Positions 31,864 through 42,392 are shown, numbered from the stretch's first letter. The stretch is DNA of 64,000 bases from an uncultured Candidatus Rokubacteria bacterium (GCA_963758635.1 CAVWWD010000003.1:992001-1056000); one strand, 5' to 3'. Numbers and translations: made by a program. The notes: generated from the sequence alone by a model not told the origin.

Positions 31864-32867
31864 CGCTCCGAGGGCTTCGGGCGCTCGTCGCCGAGCGCGA
31901 CGCGCCGCTGGACGGGGAAGACGCGCAGGTCCCATCGCTCGGAGACCAGGCCCCACAGCCCCTGCGGATAGCGCATCATGCCGATCACGGCGAGGGCGCC
32001 GAGCAGGATCATGTACCAGGCCCCCTGGTCGGCCAGCGCCTCCCGCACCACGAAGAAGACGGCGGTGCCGATGATCGGTCCCTCGAGCGTGCCGAGGCCG
32101 CCGACGACCACGATGAAGATCGTGTAGGCCGTCCAGCCGATCGAGAAGCCGGCGTCGGGCGAGATCCGCAGCAGGTTGAGGTAGATCAGGGCGCCGGTCA
32201 CGCCGGTCCCGAAGGCGGCGATCAGGTAGACGGCGAGCTTGGTGCGGAGCACGGCGACCCCCAGGCTCTCCGACGCCGGCTCGCTGTCGCGGATCGCCAT
32301 GAGGCCCAGGCCGAGACGCGAGCGGAGGCAGAGGTACACGGCGAGCACGGCGCCCACGCCGATCGCCACCGCGAGCCCGTACGTCACGATCTCGCGGGTC
32401 TCGCGGGCCAGCCCGAACACCGCCTTCAGCGTGCGCCCCGTGCCGCGCCCGAGGAGGTCGGTGTTCGCGACGAGGAGCCGGCACACCTCGGCCACCGCCC
32501 ACGTCCCCACGGCGAAGGAGGCGCCGCGGAAGCGGAAGACCAGCGCGGCGATGGGGAGCGCGAGCCCCGCCGCGACCACGCCGGCCAGGGGCACGGCGAG
32601 GAACGGGTTCACGCCCAGGTCGTCGGCGAGCACGACGAGGGCGTACCCGCCGATCCCGACGTAGGCCTGCTGGCCGATCGACACCAGCCCGGCGTAGCCG
32701 GCGAGCAGGTTCCACATCTGCGCGAGGACCAGGAGCGAGATGAACTCCACGATCACGCGCATGAGCCCCGCGTCGCCCGCCCACGGGACGGCGACGAGGC
32801 CGGCGACGGCGAGGACGAGGACGGCCGCGCCGAGACGGCTCGCGCGCGCGAACCGAGACGAGATCAA
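31860..32867 (-). CDS. Branched-chain ABC permease LivM-like
   Basis: WNLLAGYAGLVSIGQ, AIRDSE, GGLGTLEGP. Confidence 0.88.
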   Translation of the reverse strand: MISSRFARASRLGAAVLVLAVAGLVAVPWAGDAGLMRVIVEFISLLVLAQMWNLLAGYAGLVSIGQQAYVGIGGYALVVLADDLGVNPFLAVPLAGVVAAGLALPIAALVFRFRGASFAVGTWAVAEVCRLLVANTDLLGRGTGRTLKAVFGLARETREIVTYGLAVAIGVGAVLAVYLCLRSRLGLGLMAIRDSEPASESLGVAVLRTKLAVYLIAAFGTGVTGALIYLNLLRISPDAGFSIGWTAYTIFIVVVGGLGTLEGPIIGTAVFFVVREALADQGAWYMILLGALAVIGMMRYPQGLWGLVSERWDLRVFPVQRRVALGDERPKPSER

Positions 32868-33738
32868 TCGACCCGCCGGGACGGCGCGAAGATGCCGGAG
32901 GGCCGCAGGAGCAGCACGCCGAGGAACACCAGGTGCCCGGTGAGGACGCCCCAGCCCGGCGACAGCTTCGCGCCCACCGTCTGCGCCACGCCGAGCACGA
33001 CGCCCCCCACCAGCGTTCCCCAGAGCGAGCCGAGCCCGCCGATGATGACGGCCTCGAAGGCGAAGAGCAGCCGGTCGGGGCCGCTCGCGAACGTGAACGT
33101 CGTCCGGATCCCGAGGAAGATCCCCGCGACGGCCACGATGCCGAGCGACAGCGCCATCGCGAGCGCGTAGAGCTGACGGGTGTCGATGCCCATGAGCTGG
33201 GCCGTCTCGCCGTCGTCGGACGCGGCCCGGAACGCGCGGCCGATGGCCGACCTGTCCGATCAGGAGCTGCAGGCCCACGAGCAGGAGCACCGCCACCGCG
33301 AAGGTCAGCAGCGAGAACCAGCCCACCGCGAGCCCGCCGCCGAGCGGCAGGCTCGCCGTCTCCAGCCCGCCCGGGTTGAGCCGCCGCGAGTCGGCCGAGA
33401 ACGCCTCGAGGAGGCCGTTCTGGATGATGATCGACAGCCCGAACGTGACGAGCACGGCGGGAAGGATGCCCCGGCCGAGGAGGCGGTTCAGGACGACGCG
33501 CTGGAGCCCGTAGCCGGCCGCGGCCATGACCGGCGCCACGAGCAGCGAGGGCGACGAGGGGATGCAGGCGGAGCGTCTCCACCGCGAGCACGGCGAGGAA
33601 CGCGGCGAGGATGCTGAAGTCGCCGTGGGCCAGGTTCACCAGCCGCATCACGCCGAACGTCAGCGACAGCCCGGTGGCGAAGAGCGCGTAGAGGCCGCCC
33701 AGGAGCACGCCCTGCACGACCGTGTCGAGCCAGGCCAT
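32864..33738 (-). CDS. Branched-chain ABC permease LivH-like (frameshifts near 33545 and 33250)
   Basis: GLSLTFGVMRLVNLAHG, LMGID, IIGGLGS. Confidence 0.85.
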
Positions 33739-33742
33739 CTCG

Positions 33743-33817
33743 TGAGCCGCGCGGATCAGACCAAGCCGAGCGGTGTGATTCAGAGGCCGATGGCGGTGAG
33801 CGCATTTTGCGGGGTCA
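33743..33817. repeat. ~77-bp intergenic element, diverged copy
   Basis: TGAGCCGCGCGGATCAGACCAAGCCGAGCGGTG...GCGGGGTCA; aligns with the copies at 36576, 57340 and 62548. Confidence 0.75.
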
Positions 33818-34516
33818 TCAGGCCCCGAGGTACGCCGCGGAGACCTGCGCGCGGTCGAGCCGGTCCGGCGTGCCCTCCAGGGAGACCGCGCCCTTCCGGA
33901 AGCAGTACACGCGTCCCGCGACGGCCAGGGCCTGGCCCACGTCCTGCTCGACGACCAGGAGCGTCGTCCCTTCCGCGGCCACCGCGGTCAGCGTCTCGTA
34001 GAGATGCTTCACCATCAGGGGCGCGAGGCCGAGCGAGATCTCGTCGACCAGCAGCAGGCGAGGGTTCGCCATGAGGCCGCGGCCGATGGCGAGCATCTGC
34101 TGCTCGCCGCCGGAGAGGTTCGTGCCCGGCTGGTCCCGCCGCTCGCGCAGGACGGGAAACAGGCGGTAGACGCGCTCGAGCGTCCACGGGCCGGGTCGGC
34201 CGCGGTAGCCGCCGACCTCGAGGTTCTCGCGCACGGAGAGGCTCGGGAAGATCTTCCGCCCCTCGGGCACGAGGACGACGCCGAGCGCCACGAGCGCGTG
34301 GGGCGGCAGGCCGCCCACCGGCCGGCCCGCGAAGGTCACGCGGTCGCGCGGCACGGGCAGCGCGCCGGCCACCGCGCGGAGGAACGTGCTCTTGCCCGCG
34401 CCGTTGGCGCCGATCACCGCCACCGTCTCCCCCTCGGCCACCCGGAGGGAGATGCCGAAGAGCGCCTGGAAGTCGCCGTAGAACGCCGAGAGGTCGGAGA
34501 CGGCGAGGAGGGTCAC
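33818..34516 (-). CDS. Branched-chain ABC ATPase LivF-like
   Basis: GANGAGKS, VPEGR, LSGGEQQM. Confidence 0.9.
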   Translation of the reverse strand: MTLLAVSDLSAFYGDFQALFGISLRVAEGETVAVIGANGAGKSTFLRAVAGALPVPRDRVTFAGRPVGGLPPHALVALGVVLVPEGRKIFPSLSVRENLEVGGYRGRPGPWTLERVYRLFPVLRERRDQPGTNLSGGEQQMLAIGRGLMANPRLLLVDEISLGLAPLMVKHLYETLTAVAAEGTTLLVVEQDVGQALAVAGRVYCFRKGAVSLEGTPDRLDRAQVSAAYLGA

Positions 34517-35238
34517 GGCACGTCGATGCCGAGGTAGACGCGCCGGACCTCCGGGTCCGCCATCACCGCGTCCGGCGGGCCGTCCACCAGGTTCCGCCCG
34601 AAGCTGATGGCCACGAGCCGGTCCACGGCCGCGCGCAGCGCATGCACGACGTGCTCGATCCACACGATGGCGATGCCCTCGCTCCGGACCTGGCGGATCA
34701 CGCCGACCAGCGTCACCACCTCGGGCTCGGTCAACCCGCCCGCGATCTCGTCGAGCAGCAGCACGCGCGGCCTCGTGGCGAGCGCGCGGGCCAGCTCCAG
34801 GCGCTTGCGCTCGAGCAGGGTGAGGGCGCCGGCGCGCGCGTTCGCGCGGGCGGCGAGCCCGGTCAGCTCGAGGGCGGCCAGGCACGGGGCGCGGGCCGCG
34901 CGCTCGCGCCGCCCGCCGCCGTGGGTGGCGCCGACGAGGACGTTCTCGAACACGGTCATCGCCTCGAAGGGGTGGGGGATCTGGTGGGTGAGGGCGATGC
35001 CGGCGCGGCAGCGCGCGTGCGCGGGCAGGGCCGTGACGTCGCGCCCGTCGAAGACCACGGCCCCGCGGTCCGGCGCGAGCCGGCCCGCCATGACGTTGAG
35101 CGCGGTCGTCTTGCCCGCGCCGTTCGGGCCGATCACGCCCACCGCCTCGCGCTCATCGACCGCGAGGTCGAGCCGGTCCAGCACCTGGAGGGACCCGAAC
35201 GCCCGCGAGACCTCCCGGAGCGCGAGGAGCGAGGGCAC
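34513..35238 (-). CDS. Branched-chain ABC ATPase LivG-like
   Basis: GPNGAGKT, LELARAL, LLDE, EH, VYLG. Confidence 0.9.
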   Translation of the reverse strand: MPSLLALREVSRAFGSLQVLDRLDLAVDEREAVGVIGPNGAGKTTALNVMAGRLAPDRGAVVFDGRDVTALPAHARCRAGIALTHQIPHPFEAMTVFENVLVGATHGGGRRERAARAPCLAALELTGLAARANARAGALTLLERKRLELARALATRPRVLLLDEIAGGLTEPEVVTLVGVIRQVRSEGIAIVWIEHVVHALRAAVDRLVAISFGRNLVDGPPDAVMADPEVRRVYLGIDVP

Positions 35239-35265
35239 CGGCGCGCGGTCCGCCCGCCCGGCCGG

Positions 35266-36562
35266 CTACGCGGGCCGGAGCGGCCGGAGCTTGCCCCCCA
35301 CCGGGATGCTGGTCGCGGCCCGGTTGCTGACGATCGTCATGTCGAAGCGCACGTCCTTGCCGCGGCCCCACTGGCCGCCGACCAGCGGCGTCTTCGTGAC
35401 GTTCGGCACCGGGCCCTTGCCCCAGCTGATCGGCCCGACCAGCGTGTTGAGGTTGGTGGCCTTGATCGCGGACACGATCGCCGCCTTGTCGTCGGGGTTG
35501 CCCGCGCGCTTGAGGGCGTCGAGGCCGACCTCGAAGAGCGCGTGGATGAAGCCGAGCGGCTGCGTCCACTGCTTCCTGGTCTCCCGCGTGTACTCCGCGG
35601 CGAACGCGCCCGCGGTGGCGCCGGTGAGGGACGACTTGAACGGGTGCTGGGGCGTCCACCACACCTCGGTGGACATGCCGTCGCCCAGGTCGCCCAGCGC
35701 CTCGACCGACCGCGGGAAGAGCAGCGCCTTGCCGATCGACGCCACCTTGGGGCGGAAGCCCTGCTGCGCGGCCTGCTTCCAGAACGTCGTCCAGTCGGGC
35801 GGGATGGGGACGCCCGTGACGATCTCGACCTTCTCGTTCTTGAACGCCGAGATCTGGGCCGAGAAATCGTCGGACATGTTCGGGTAGCGCCCGAGATCGA
35901 CCACCTTGTACCCGGCCTTGGCGAGGGCAGCCGGGAAGCCGCGCTCCTTGTCGCTCCAGGCATTGCCGTCGCCGTCGTTGGGCCAGAGGGCGCCGACCAC
36001 CTTGTTCGTCTCGATCGAGTTCCACATGTCGATGAAGACGCCGATGATGTCCTCCAGGCCCCAGAAGAAGTGATACGTGGACTTGAAGCCGACGTCCGGC
36101 TTGCCGCCGCGCGCGAAGAACCACGGCTGCCACGGGCAGACCGAGGAGATGGCCGGCGTGCCGTTCACCTCGCACTGGTCGGACACCGGATTGGTCGTCT
36201 CCGGCGTGCTCGCGACCAGCATCAGGTCGACCTTGTCGGAGAGGATCAGCCGCGAGGCGACCTCGCCGGCCCGGTTCGGGTCGGACTGGCTGTCGCGCAC
36301 GAGGATCTCGACCGGATGCGTGCGGCCGCCGATCGTGAGGCCCTTGCCGACGGCCTTCCGCACGCCGCCGATCACGAAGCCGTCCGCCTCCCCGAACCCG
36401 GCGAGGGGGCCGGTCTGCGGGCTCACGTACCCGATCTTGATCGGACGCGGCGCCCGCTGGGCGCGGGCGCGCGCGGGCCAGAGCGCCGAGAGCCCGCCGG
36501 CGGCGGTGGCGCCCGAGGCGAGGCGGAGGAGGCTGCCGGCGGGGGACGTTGGTCTCGGCCAT
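35266..36562 (-). CDS. Branched-chain ABC substrate-binding protein, Tat-type signal (N-terminal indels)
   Basis: IKIGYVSPQTGPLA, DSQSDPNRA; ATG after CAGGAGG. Confidence 0.85.
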
Positions 36563-36575
36563 GAGAGCCTCCTGG

Positions 36576-36653
36576 TGAGCCCCGCGCATCAGACTAATGC
36601 CCAGCGGTGGGATTGTAGAGGCCCGTGGCGGTTACCGCAGTCTGAGAGAGTCA
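36576..36653. repeat. ~77-bp intergenic element
   Basis: TGAGCCCCGCGCATCAGACTAATGCCCAGCGGTGGGATTGTAGAGGCCCGTGGCG...GTCA. Confidence 0.88.
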
Positions 36654-37647
36654 CTAGAACTTCACCGGGGCGGGCGGCATCTTGCCGCTCGCGTAGAGGG
36701 CGGGCAACTCGGGCGAGGCGTTCTCCCACACGAGCAGCATCGAGCGCTTCGGCGAGAAGCCACGGTGGCGAATGTCCGCGGGCATCGCCGCGACGTCGCC
36801 CGCCTTCATGGTCACCCGGGCGCGCATGGCGCCCGTCTCCCGGTCCTCCACCTCCCACTGGATCTCGTCGGAGAGCTGCACGAACCACTCGACGCGGTCG
36901 TTGCCGTGGATGACGGGCAGGATGTACTCCTCCGTGGTCGGGCAGTAGAGGCTCGCCTTGCACACGGAGACCACCGACGGGTTCCACGTCACGTCCGAGC
37001 GCGAGAGGTAGGCGAAGAGGTTGAAGGACACCACCTCGTCCTCGAAGCCGGGCTCGGGGCGCACGTCCGGCGCGTCCTGCGGCACGTCCGTGAAGTGGCG
37101 GTTGACGGGGAAGCCGTTGTCGTCGGTGCGGACCGGCTCGTCGCCGGGCGCGTTCACCATGCGCCGCGCCGTGACGCGGTGGCGGTTGATCGCCGCCTTG
37201 TTGCTGCCGTTCTTGGGGCCGAAGGCGCTGCCCGTCTCCTGCGGGCTCGCGAACGGATCGAAGGCGGCGTTCGTCCAGTCCTCCAGGATGGCCTCGAAGG
37301 TGCGCTGGATGAGCGGGGTGGTGAAGCGCTCGGTGTGGTCGAGGCCGGCCTTGCGGTAGTGCTCGTTGAACCGGCCGGCGAAGAGGTCGACCGAGCCGTA
37401 GTGGTTCACCGTGCCCACCACCGCGTCGAAGTTCACGACGCCGTAGAAGAAGCCCCACGCGATGTCGCGCTGGAGCGCGCGCAGGAAGGCGTCGACGGGC
37501 ACGAGGTGGTGGCCCTTCGGCCATCGCACCTCGGCGAAGTACTCGTCGCGGCTGAACGCGAAGCTCGCCGAGCGTGAAGCCGCGGTAGCCGTGGCGGTTG
37601 GGCTCGATGGACCCGATCTCGGGAAGATCGCTCGTCGTCTCGCTCAT
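36654..37647 (-). CDS. Hydroquinone 1,2-dioxygenase large subunit (HqdB/HapD/PnpD type; frameshift near 37570)
   Basis: RDEYF, AWGFFYG.VNFD, SRSDVTWNPSV, PTTEEYILPVIHGNDRVEWF, DIRH, LLVWEN. Confidence 0.88.
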
Positions 37648-37666
37648 GTGGTTCCTCCTCGCCCGC

Positions 37667-38179
37667 TCAGGCGCCCGGCTGCGGCGACGTCTGGCAGATC
37701 TCGCCCCAGCGCTCGACGGTGTCGGTCCCCGCGAGCGTCTGCAGGAGCACCACGCCCGGCGCGGCGGCGTGGAACTGGTAGGCCGCGCCCACGGGCAGGA
37801 GCGTCATGTGCCCTCGCCGCGCGCGCACCACGCCCATCCGGCGGCCGGCCGGCGTCCCGGGGAGGCCGATCGACCCCGTGGCGCCCGCGGGCACGACGCC
37901 CGGGTCGGCGAGCTTCAGGAGCCGGATCTCCACCTCGCCGTCCATGACGAGGGCGAACTCGTCCTGGGCCGGCGCGCGCCACCCCGAGGTGCCCTCCGCG
38001 CGGATGGCCTCGATCACGTACTCGATGTTCTTGCCGACGGCGACCTTCTCGTAGGGCCGGGACTTCGACGCCACCTCGAAGATGTTCGAGAAGACGTAGT
38101 TCCGGGCGTCGTCGTTGACGACCTCGACGCCGCCCTTCTCGAAGTGGCGGAGCGAGCCGAACCGCGTGACCTGCTCCAT
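37667..38179 (-). CDS. Hydroquinone 1,2-dioxygenase small subunit (HqdA/HapC/PnpC type)
   Basis: FGSL..FEKGGVE...NYVFSNIFEVA, YEKVAVGKN, DEFALVMDG, GHMTLLP. Confidence 0.88.
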   Translation of the reverse strand: MEQVTRFGSLRHFEKGGVEVVNDDARNYVFSNIFEVASKSRPYEKVAVGKNIEYVIEAIRAEGTSGWRAPAQDEFALVMDGEVEIRLLKLADPGVVPAGATGSIGLPGTPAGRRMGVVRARRGHMTLLPVGAAYQFHAAAPGVVLLQTLAGTDTVERWGEICQTSPQPGA

Positions 38180-38280
38180 GTGGGCGCCTCCTGCTTTCGC
38201 CGTCGGGGCGCCTTCGCAAGGCTCCGGCGCCCGACGGTCGGGCATGTCAACCGTAGTGCGGTTTGCGGGACATCGCGCAG

Positions 38281-39192
38281 TCAGGCGACTTCCTTGTTCT
38301 CCGCGAAGTCCGCGGGGAGGGGCGGGCCCCAGAGGTAGAGGGCGTCCTCCAGCGCGAAGTCGCGCGGGGCCCAGGCGCAGTCCTCGGGGATGTAGTCGAG
38401 GTCGTGGAAGTACTCGGCGAAGCCTCCCCACGGATCGCGGATGTAGTAGAAGAAGTTCGAGCCGATGACGTGGCGGCCGAGCCCCCAGCCCGGTTGCCAG
38501 CCGCGGTCCGCCATGTGCGCGGCGCCCGTCGCGATCTCGTCGATGCTCCCGACCTCGAACGACCCGTGATGGAACCCCGGAGCGCTCGAGGCGAGAAGCG
38601 CCAGGTTGTGGTGGTCGGTGTTGCACCTGATGAACGCGATGACGTCGCGCGAGCGGTCGGACAGACGGAGGCCGAGCACGCGCGTGTAGAAGTCGATCTG
38701 ACGCTCGAGGTGGGGGGTGAACAGGAGCACGTGGCCGAGCCGCCGGGGCGTCGGCGTCTGGCCGCGCTCCGGGCAGCCGCGCACCGCCTGGCGCGGCGCG
38801 TGCCCCGGCCCGTTGAGCTGCACGGGCGGGTCGGAGGGCACCGCCTCCGCCGCGTCGTCGCGGACGTTGACGAGATGCCCGTCAGGATCGCGCACCCAGA
38901 TGCCCCCCTCGGGCGCGCCGCGCGGCGGGTCGATCTCGGAGATGCCGGCGCCGCGCAGGGCCGCGCGCACCGCCGCGAACTCCTCCCCCGGCGCCCCGAA
39001 CGCGAGATGGTGCAGGCGCTTGCGCGGCCCGCCGTACAGGAGCACGGTCGCGCGCTCCTGGCGAGACGTGCGAAGCCGGACGGCGTCGCTCGATCCCGTC
39101 GCGTCCACGAGGCCGAAGTCCTGGTAGTAGCGCTGGCCCGTGGTCTGGTCGGGAACCTCCAGCGCGTAGTGGAGCACTGACTTCACGGGCAT
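38281..39192 (-). CDS. VOC family (extradiol dioxygenase/glyoxalase) protein
   Basis: Two VOC modules; LGHV, DHH, HHGSF, GLGRH, YIRDP..FAEY. Confidence 0.85.
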   Translation of the reverse strand: MPVKSVLHYALEVPDQTTGQRYYQDFGLVDATGSSDAVRLRTSRQERATVLLYGGPRKRLHHLAFGAPGEEFAAVRAALRGAGISEIDPPRGAPEGGIWVRDPDGHLVNVRDDAAEAVPSDPPVQLNGPGHAPRQAVRGCPERGQTPTPRRLGHVLLFTPHLERQIDFYTRVLGLRLSDRSRDVIAFIRCNTDHHNLALLASSAPGFHHGSFEVGSIDEIATGAAHMADRGWQPGWGLGRHVIGSNFFYYIRDPWGGFAEYFHDLDYIPEDCAWAPRDFALEDALYLWGPPLPADFAENKEVA

Positions 39193-39309
39193 GCTCAGCT
39201 CCTTCGCTTCAGTTGTGAAAGAAGACGGATGTCGACGTCAGCGAGCGGGCTGACACCGCGGTTCTGCGAACACGCGCCCGTGCCGTCTCGCCGCCCATTC
39301 ACGATCCCC

Positions 39310-40239
39310 TCAGGCGTCCTTGATCGTGTTCTCGAGCGTTCCGAGGCCGGTGATCTCGAGGCGGACGGTGTCGCCCGGCTGCAGCGTGACCTGCGGCTTG
39401 CGCGAGAACCCCACGCCGGCGGGCGTACCCGTCGCGATCAAGTCGCCGGGCTCGAGCGTCATGATGCCGGAGAGGTACTCGATGATGTAGCGCACGTCGA
39501 AGATGAAGTTCCGCGTGTTGCCGTTCTGCATGAGGGCGCCGTTGACCCAGGTCTTGAGGTCCAGCACGTGCGGGTCCGGGATCTCCGTGCGGTCGGCGAT
39601 GTAGGGGCCCACCGGGGCCAGCGTGTCGCCGATCTTGCCCGCGCCCCACTGCGTGGTGTGGAACTGAAAGTCGCGCGCGCTCACGTCGTTGACGATCGTG
39701 TAGCCGTAGACGTGGTCGAGGGCCTGCTCGCGCTTCACGTGGCGCGCCGTCCGGCCCATCACCACGCCCAGCTCCACCTCCCAGTCGAGCGTCTTCTCGC
39801 CGCGCGGCCGCAGCACCGGCTCGCCGGGATCCACGATCGTGTTGGCCCACTTGGGGAACACGGGCGGCTGCTTGGGCGCGGGATTGCCGGTCTCCGCCGC
39901 GTGGTCCTTGTAGTTGAGCCCGATGCAGATGAACTTGCCGGGATCCGCGATGGGGGCGTGGAGCCGGACCGAGCCCAGCGCGTGCGTCACGGCCTCGAAG
40001 CGCCCCGCGCGCGACGCGTCCATCATCTGGGCCAGGGCCTCCTGGCTCGCCACGCCGCCTTCCAGGAACCCGCGCGTGCTCGTCGGGAAGAGCGCGGCGG
40101 CGATGGACGCGGCCCGCACCACGTCGCGGCTGGCCAGGTGGGCGGCGTAGCTCGCCGCGAGGTCCATCACGCGGTCGGGGGCGGTGAGGGCCCCCAGCCG
40201 CGGGGCATGACCGTTCTGGGAGAACCTGACGATCTTCAT
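39310..40239 (-). CDS. Fumarylacetoacetate hydrolase family protein
   Basis: CIGLNYKDH, DWEVEL, NDVSARD, GK, TGTPAGVG. Confidence 0.92.
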   Translation of the reverse strand: MKIVRFSQNGHAPRLGALTAPDRVMDLAASYAAHLASRDVVRAASIAAALFPTSTRGFLEGGVASQEALAQMMDASRAGRFEAVTHALGSVRLHAPIADPGKFICIGLNYKDHAAETGNPAPKQPPVFPKWANTIVDPGEPVLRPRGEKTLDWEVELGVVMGRTARHVKREQALDHVYGYTIVNDVSARDFQFHTTQWGAGKIGDTLAPVGPYIADRTEIPDPHVLDLKTWVNGALMQNGNTRNFIFDVRYIIEYLSGIMTLEPGDLIATGTPAGVGFSRKPQVTLQPGDTVRLEITGLGTLENTIKDA

Positions 40240-40525
40240 GGCGATGACCTCCTGGGGTTCGGGTGACCTCGGGGGCGGATGCGCGAAGGATGATAGCACC
40301 GCCCCGGGGCCCGGGCCACGGGCCGACGGGCCCGCGGGACCTCCGGCCGGGCTCGGAAGAGGGGGCTTTCCCCGGCGCCCCATCCCCTTGGTGACCCCCT
40401 GGGGTGCTGGTATAGTCACCGGTACTCCAGCGATCGTCCCTCGGTGGGGAGTGGAGTCGGCGGGTGGTGGCGGCTGGGGCGGGAGCGCCCCGAGACGGAA
40501 AAAGGAGCTGAGGAGGAGGCGTCCC

Positions 40526-40906
40526 ATGACGAAGCGACCTCGTTGGCTATGCGCGGTGCTCGCGGTGGTCCTGGCCCTGACGGGCACCCTGGCCACGTTC
40601 CCGGCGGCGGCCGGCGCTCAGATGCCGACCGTGCAGGAGCCGGCGCCGACGAACCTGGAGCCGACGGATGGCGATCGCGCCGGTGCGGTCGCCATGAACT
40701 TCGTGTACGCGCCCGGAAAGGTCATCACGTGCACGGTGGGGACACTCGCCACGACGGTCCTCCTCCTGCTCACGTTCGGCACCGCCTACTCGGCGGCCAA
40801 GAACGTGTTCAACGAGGGCTGCGGCGGCCCCTGGCTGCTCACCGCCGAGGACCTGAGCGGAAAGAATCCCCCGCGCGAGCTGCCCACCAGCCCGCGCACC
40901 CCGTAG
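40526..40906 (+). CDS. Exported/membrane hypothetical protein
   Basis: RBS GAGGAGG, signal peptide, YAPGKVITC...GCGGPW; extended -10 TGGTATAGT at 40408. Confidence 0.7.
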   Translation: MTKRPRWLCAVLAVVLALTGTLATFPAAAGAQMPTVQEPAPTNLEPTDGDRAGAVAMNFVYAPGKVITCTVGTLATTVLLLLTFGTAYSAAKNVFNEGCGGPWLLTAEDLSGKNPPRELPTSPRTP

Positions 40907-40944
40907 CCGCGCGAGCAGGCCGCTCGCCCGCGGGAGAGGTTCCC

Positions 40945-41292
40945 TTGCCCCCGCGGCAGGGGCGGGGCAAGCCATGGCTGGTCCCGGCACTCTATGTGCT
41001 GCTTCTCGTCACCTTCGCTGCCGGGATCTGGGGGAGCTATCGCGCCGTCTTCCCGGGGCGCAACCTCTATCGGGCGACCGGGGTGCTGGTCGCCCGGCCC
41101 GGCGACACGATGATCCTGGTCCGCCACGAGGAGGTCTCCGGCCTCATGGACCAGATGCAGTCGATGCTCTTCTTCACCGAGTCCCGTGAGGTCATCGACC
41201 GCGCAAAGCTCAGTCCCGGCGACCGTTTGCGCTTCACCATCAAGACCACCCCCGACAAGCTCCTGGTCGTCGATATCCAGAAGATCCAGTGA
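40945..41292 (+). CDS. CusF-like copper-binding protein with membrane anchor
   Basis: TM helix, then VRHEEVSGLMDQMQSM (His/Met motif) and PGDRLRFT OB fold. Confidence 0.6.
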   Translation: MPPRQGRGKPWLVPALYVLLLVTFAAGIWGSYRAVFPGRNLYRATGVLVARPGDTMILVRHEEVSGLMDQMQSMLFFTESREVIDRAKLSPGDRLRFTIKTTPDKLLVVDIQKIQ

Positions 41293-41386
41293 AGATGCGG
41301 GGGCGGGAGTCGAAAAGCTTGACGTACCCCGGTCGGAACCGCCGTACCCGCCACGTAACGTCCTGAACTAGCTGCCTCCAGCCGGT

Positions 41387-41402
41387 TGGCACGCCGGCCG
41401 CA
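41387..41402 (+). promoter_or_regulatory. sigma54 (-24/-12) promoter
   Basis: TGGCACGCCGGCCGCA: GG-N10-GC, about 80 bp upstream of ATG 41480. Confidence 0.5.
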
Positions 41403-41479
41403 AGAGATTCGCCCCAGAAGGCCGGGTCTCCGGCGTGGCGTGGCCGGGTCCCACTCCATCTGGCGAGGCGACTTCAGCG

Positions 41480-41869
41480 ATGACAGCATCGGCCCTGCTC
41501 GCGGACCTCTGTGACCGCGGTGTCCGGCTGCGGCTCAGCGAGGACCGGCTCCGCATCCTCATCCCCAAGGCGGTGCTCACGCCCGACCTTCGCGCCTCGC
41601 TCTTGTCGGTCAAGCCCCAGCTCATCCGGATGATCGAGCTGGCCGAGCAGTACCGCCAGCTCCTCCGCGACGGTGTCGCCGCCGAGAACGGGGACGAAGC
41701 CCGGCGACGCTTCGCCGTCCATCAAGCGCGGCTGGTGGACGAGCTTGGCCCGAAGCTCGCGGGCGCCATCGGCGCCATGGAGTCGCGGCGCGAGGAAGAA
41801 GACGGCGCCTGCCCGCGCTGCGAAGGACGCGGGCAGTGCCAGGAGTGCGGCAACACCCCCGAGAGCTAG
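41480..41869 (+). CDS. Stand-alone TubC N-terminal docking-domain-like protein with C-terminal Cys4 motif
   Basis: MTASALLADLCDRGVRLRLSEDRLRI..P..VLTPDLRA.L...KPQLI; CPRCEGRGQCQEC. Confidence 0.6.
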   Translation: MTASALLADLCDRGVRLRLSEDRLRILIPKAVLTPDLRASLLSVKPQLIRMIELAEQYRQLLRDGVAAENGDEARRRFAVHQARLVDELGPKLAGAIGAMESRREEEDGACPRCEGRGQCQECGNTPES

Positions 41870-41876
41870 CGCTAGA

Positions 41877-41995
41877 GCGGCTGAAAAGGGCCCATCTGCT
41901 TCGTTGGCGCCCTCGGTCGCACGCTCAACGTAGAGAGACTACGCCTCGCGTGCGCCCATCGGGCGCCGCCTCGCATCTGGACCCTTTTGAGCCGC
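41877..41995. mobile_element. MITE-like ~119-bp palindromic element
   Basis: Terminal inverted repeats GCGGCTGAAAAGGGCCCATCTGC / GCATCTGGACCCTTTTGAGCCGC (19/23) with nested internal stems; no transposase. Confidence 0.7.
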
Positions 41996-42014
41996 CTGCG
42001 TCGCTGCGGCTCCG

Positions 42015-42392
42015 TCAGCGGCGCGAGAAGGTTCGGATGTAGGCGATCAGGGCGCGGATCTCCGCGTCGGACAGGTGGTAGCCGAACGCGGGCATTCCCG
42101 GCTTTCCGTAGGTCGCGCCCCCATTCTTGACGAGCCCCATCAGATAGTCCTCGCTCGCTCCCGACAGCGACCGCGGGTCGGTGAAATCTCCGGGTCGCAT
42201 GAGGAACAGCGTGGCCCGCCATCCGCCGCGGCCGTCGGCGCCGTGGCAGGCCGCGCAGTTCACGAGGTACGCGCGCTGCGTCGGCGTGGCCGTCCTCGGC
42301 ACGGGATGGGGCATGAACAGGATCATCGCGACGCTCGCCAGGATCAGGAGAAGGCTGGGACCGATCAGGATGAGGATCCAGGCGCGCCGCAC
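42015..42392 (-). CDS. Monoheme cytochrome c, membrane-anchored
   Basis: TM helix, CAACHGADG, GMPAF. Confidence 0.85.
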   Translation of the reverse strand: MRRAWILILIGPSLLLILASVAMILFMPHPVPRTATPTQRAYLVNCAACHGADGRGGWRATLFLMRPGDFTDPRSLSGASEDYLMGLVKNGGATYGKPGMPAFGYHLSDAEIRALIAYIRTFSRR

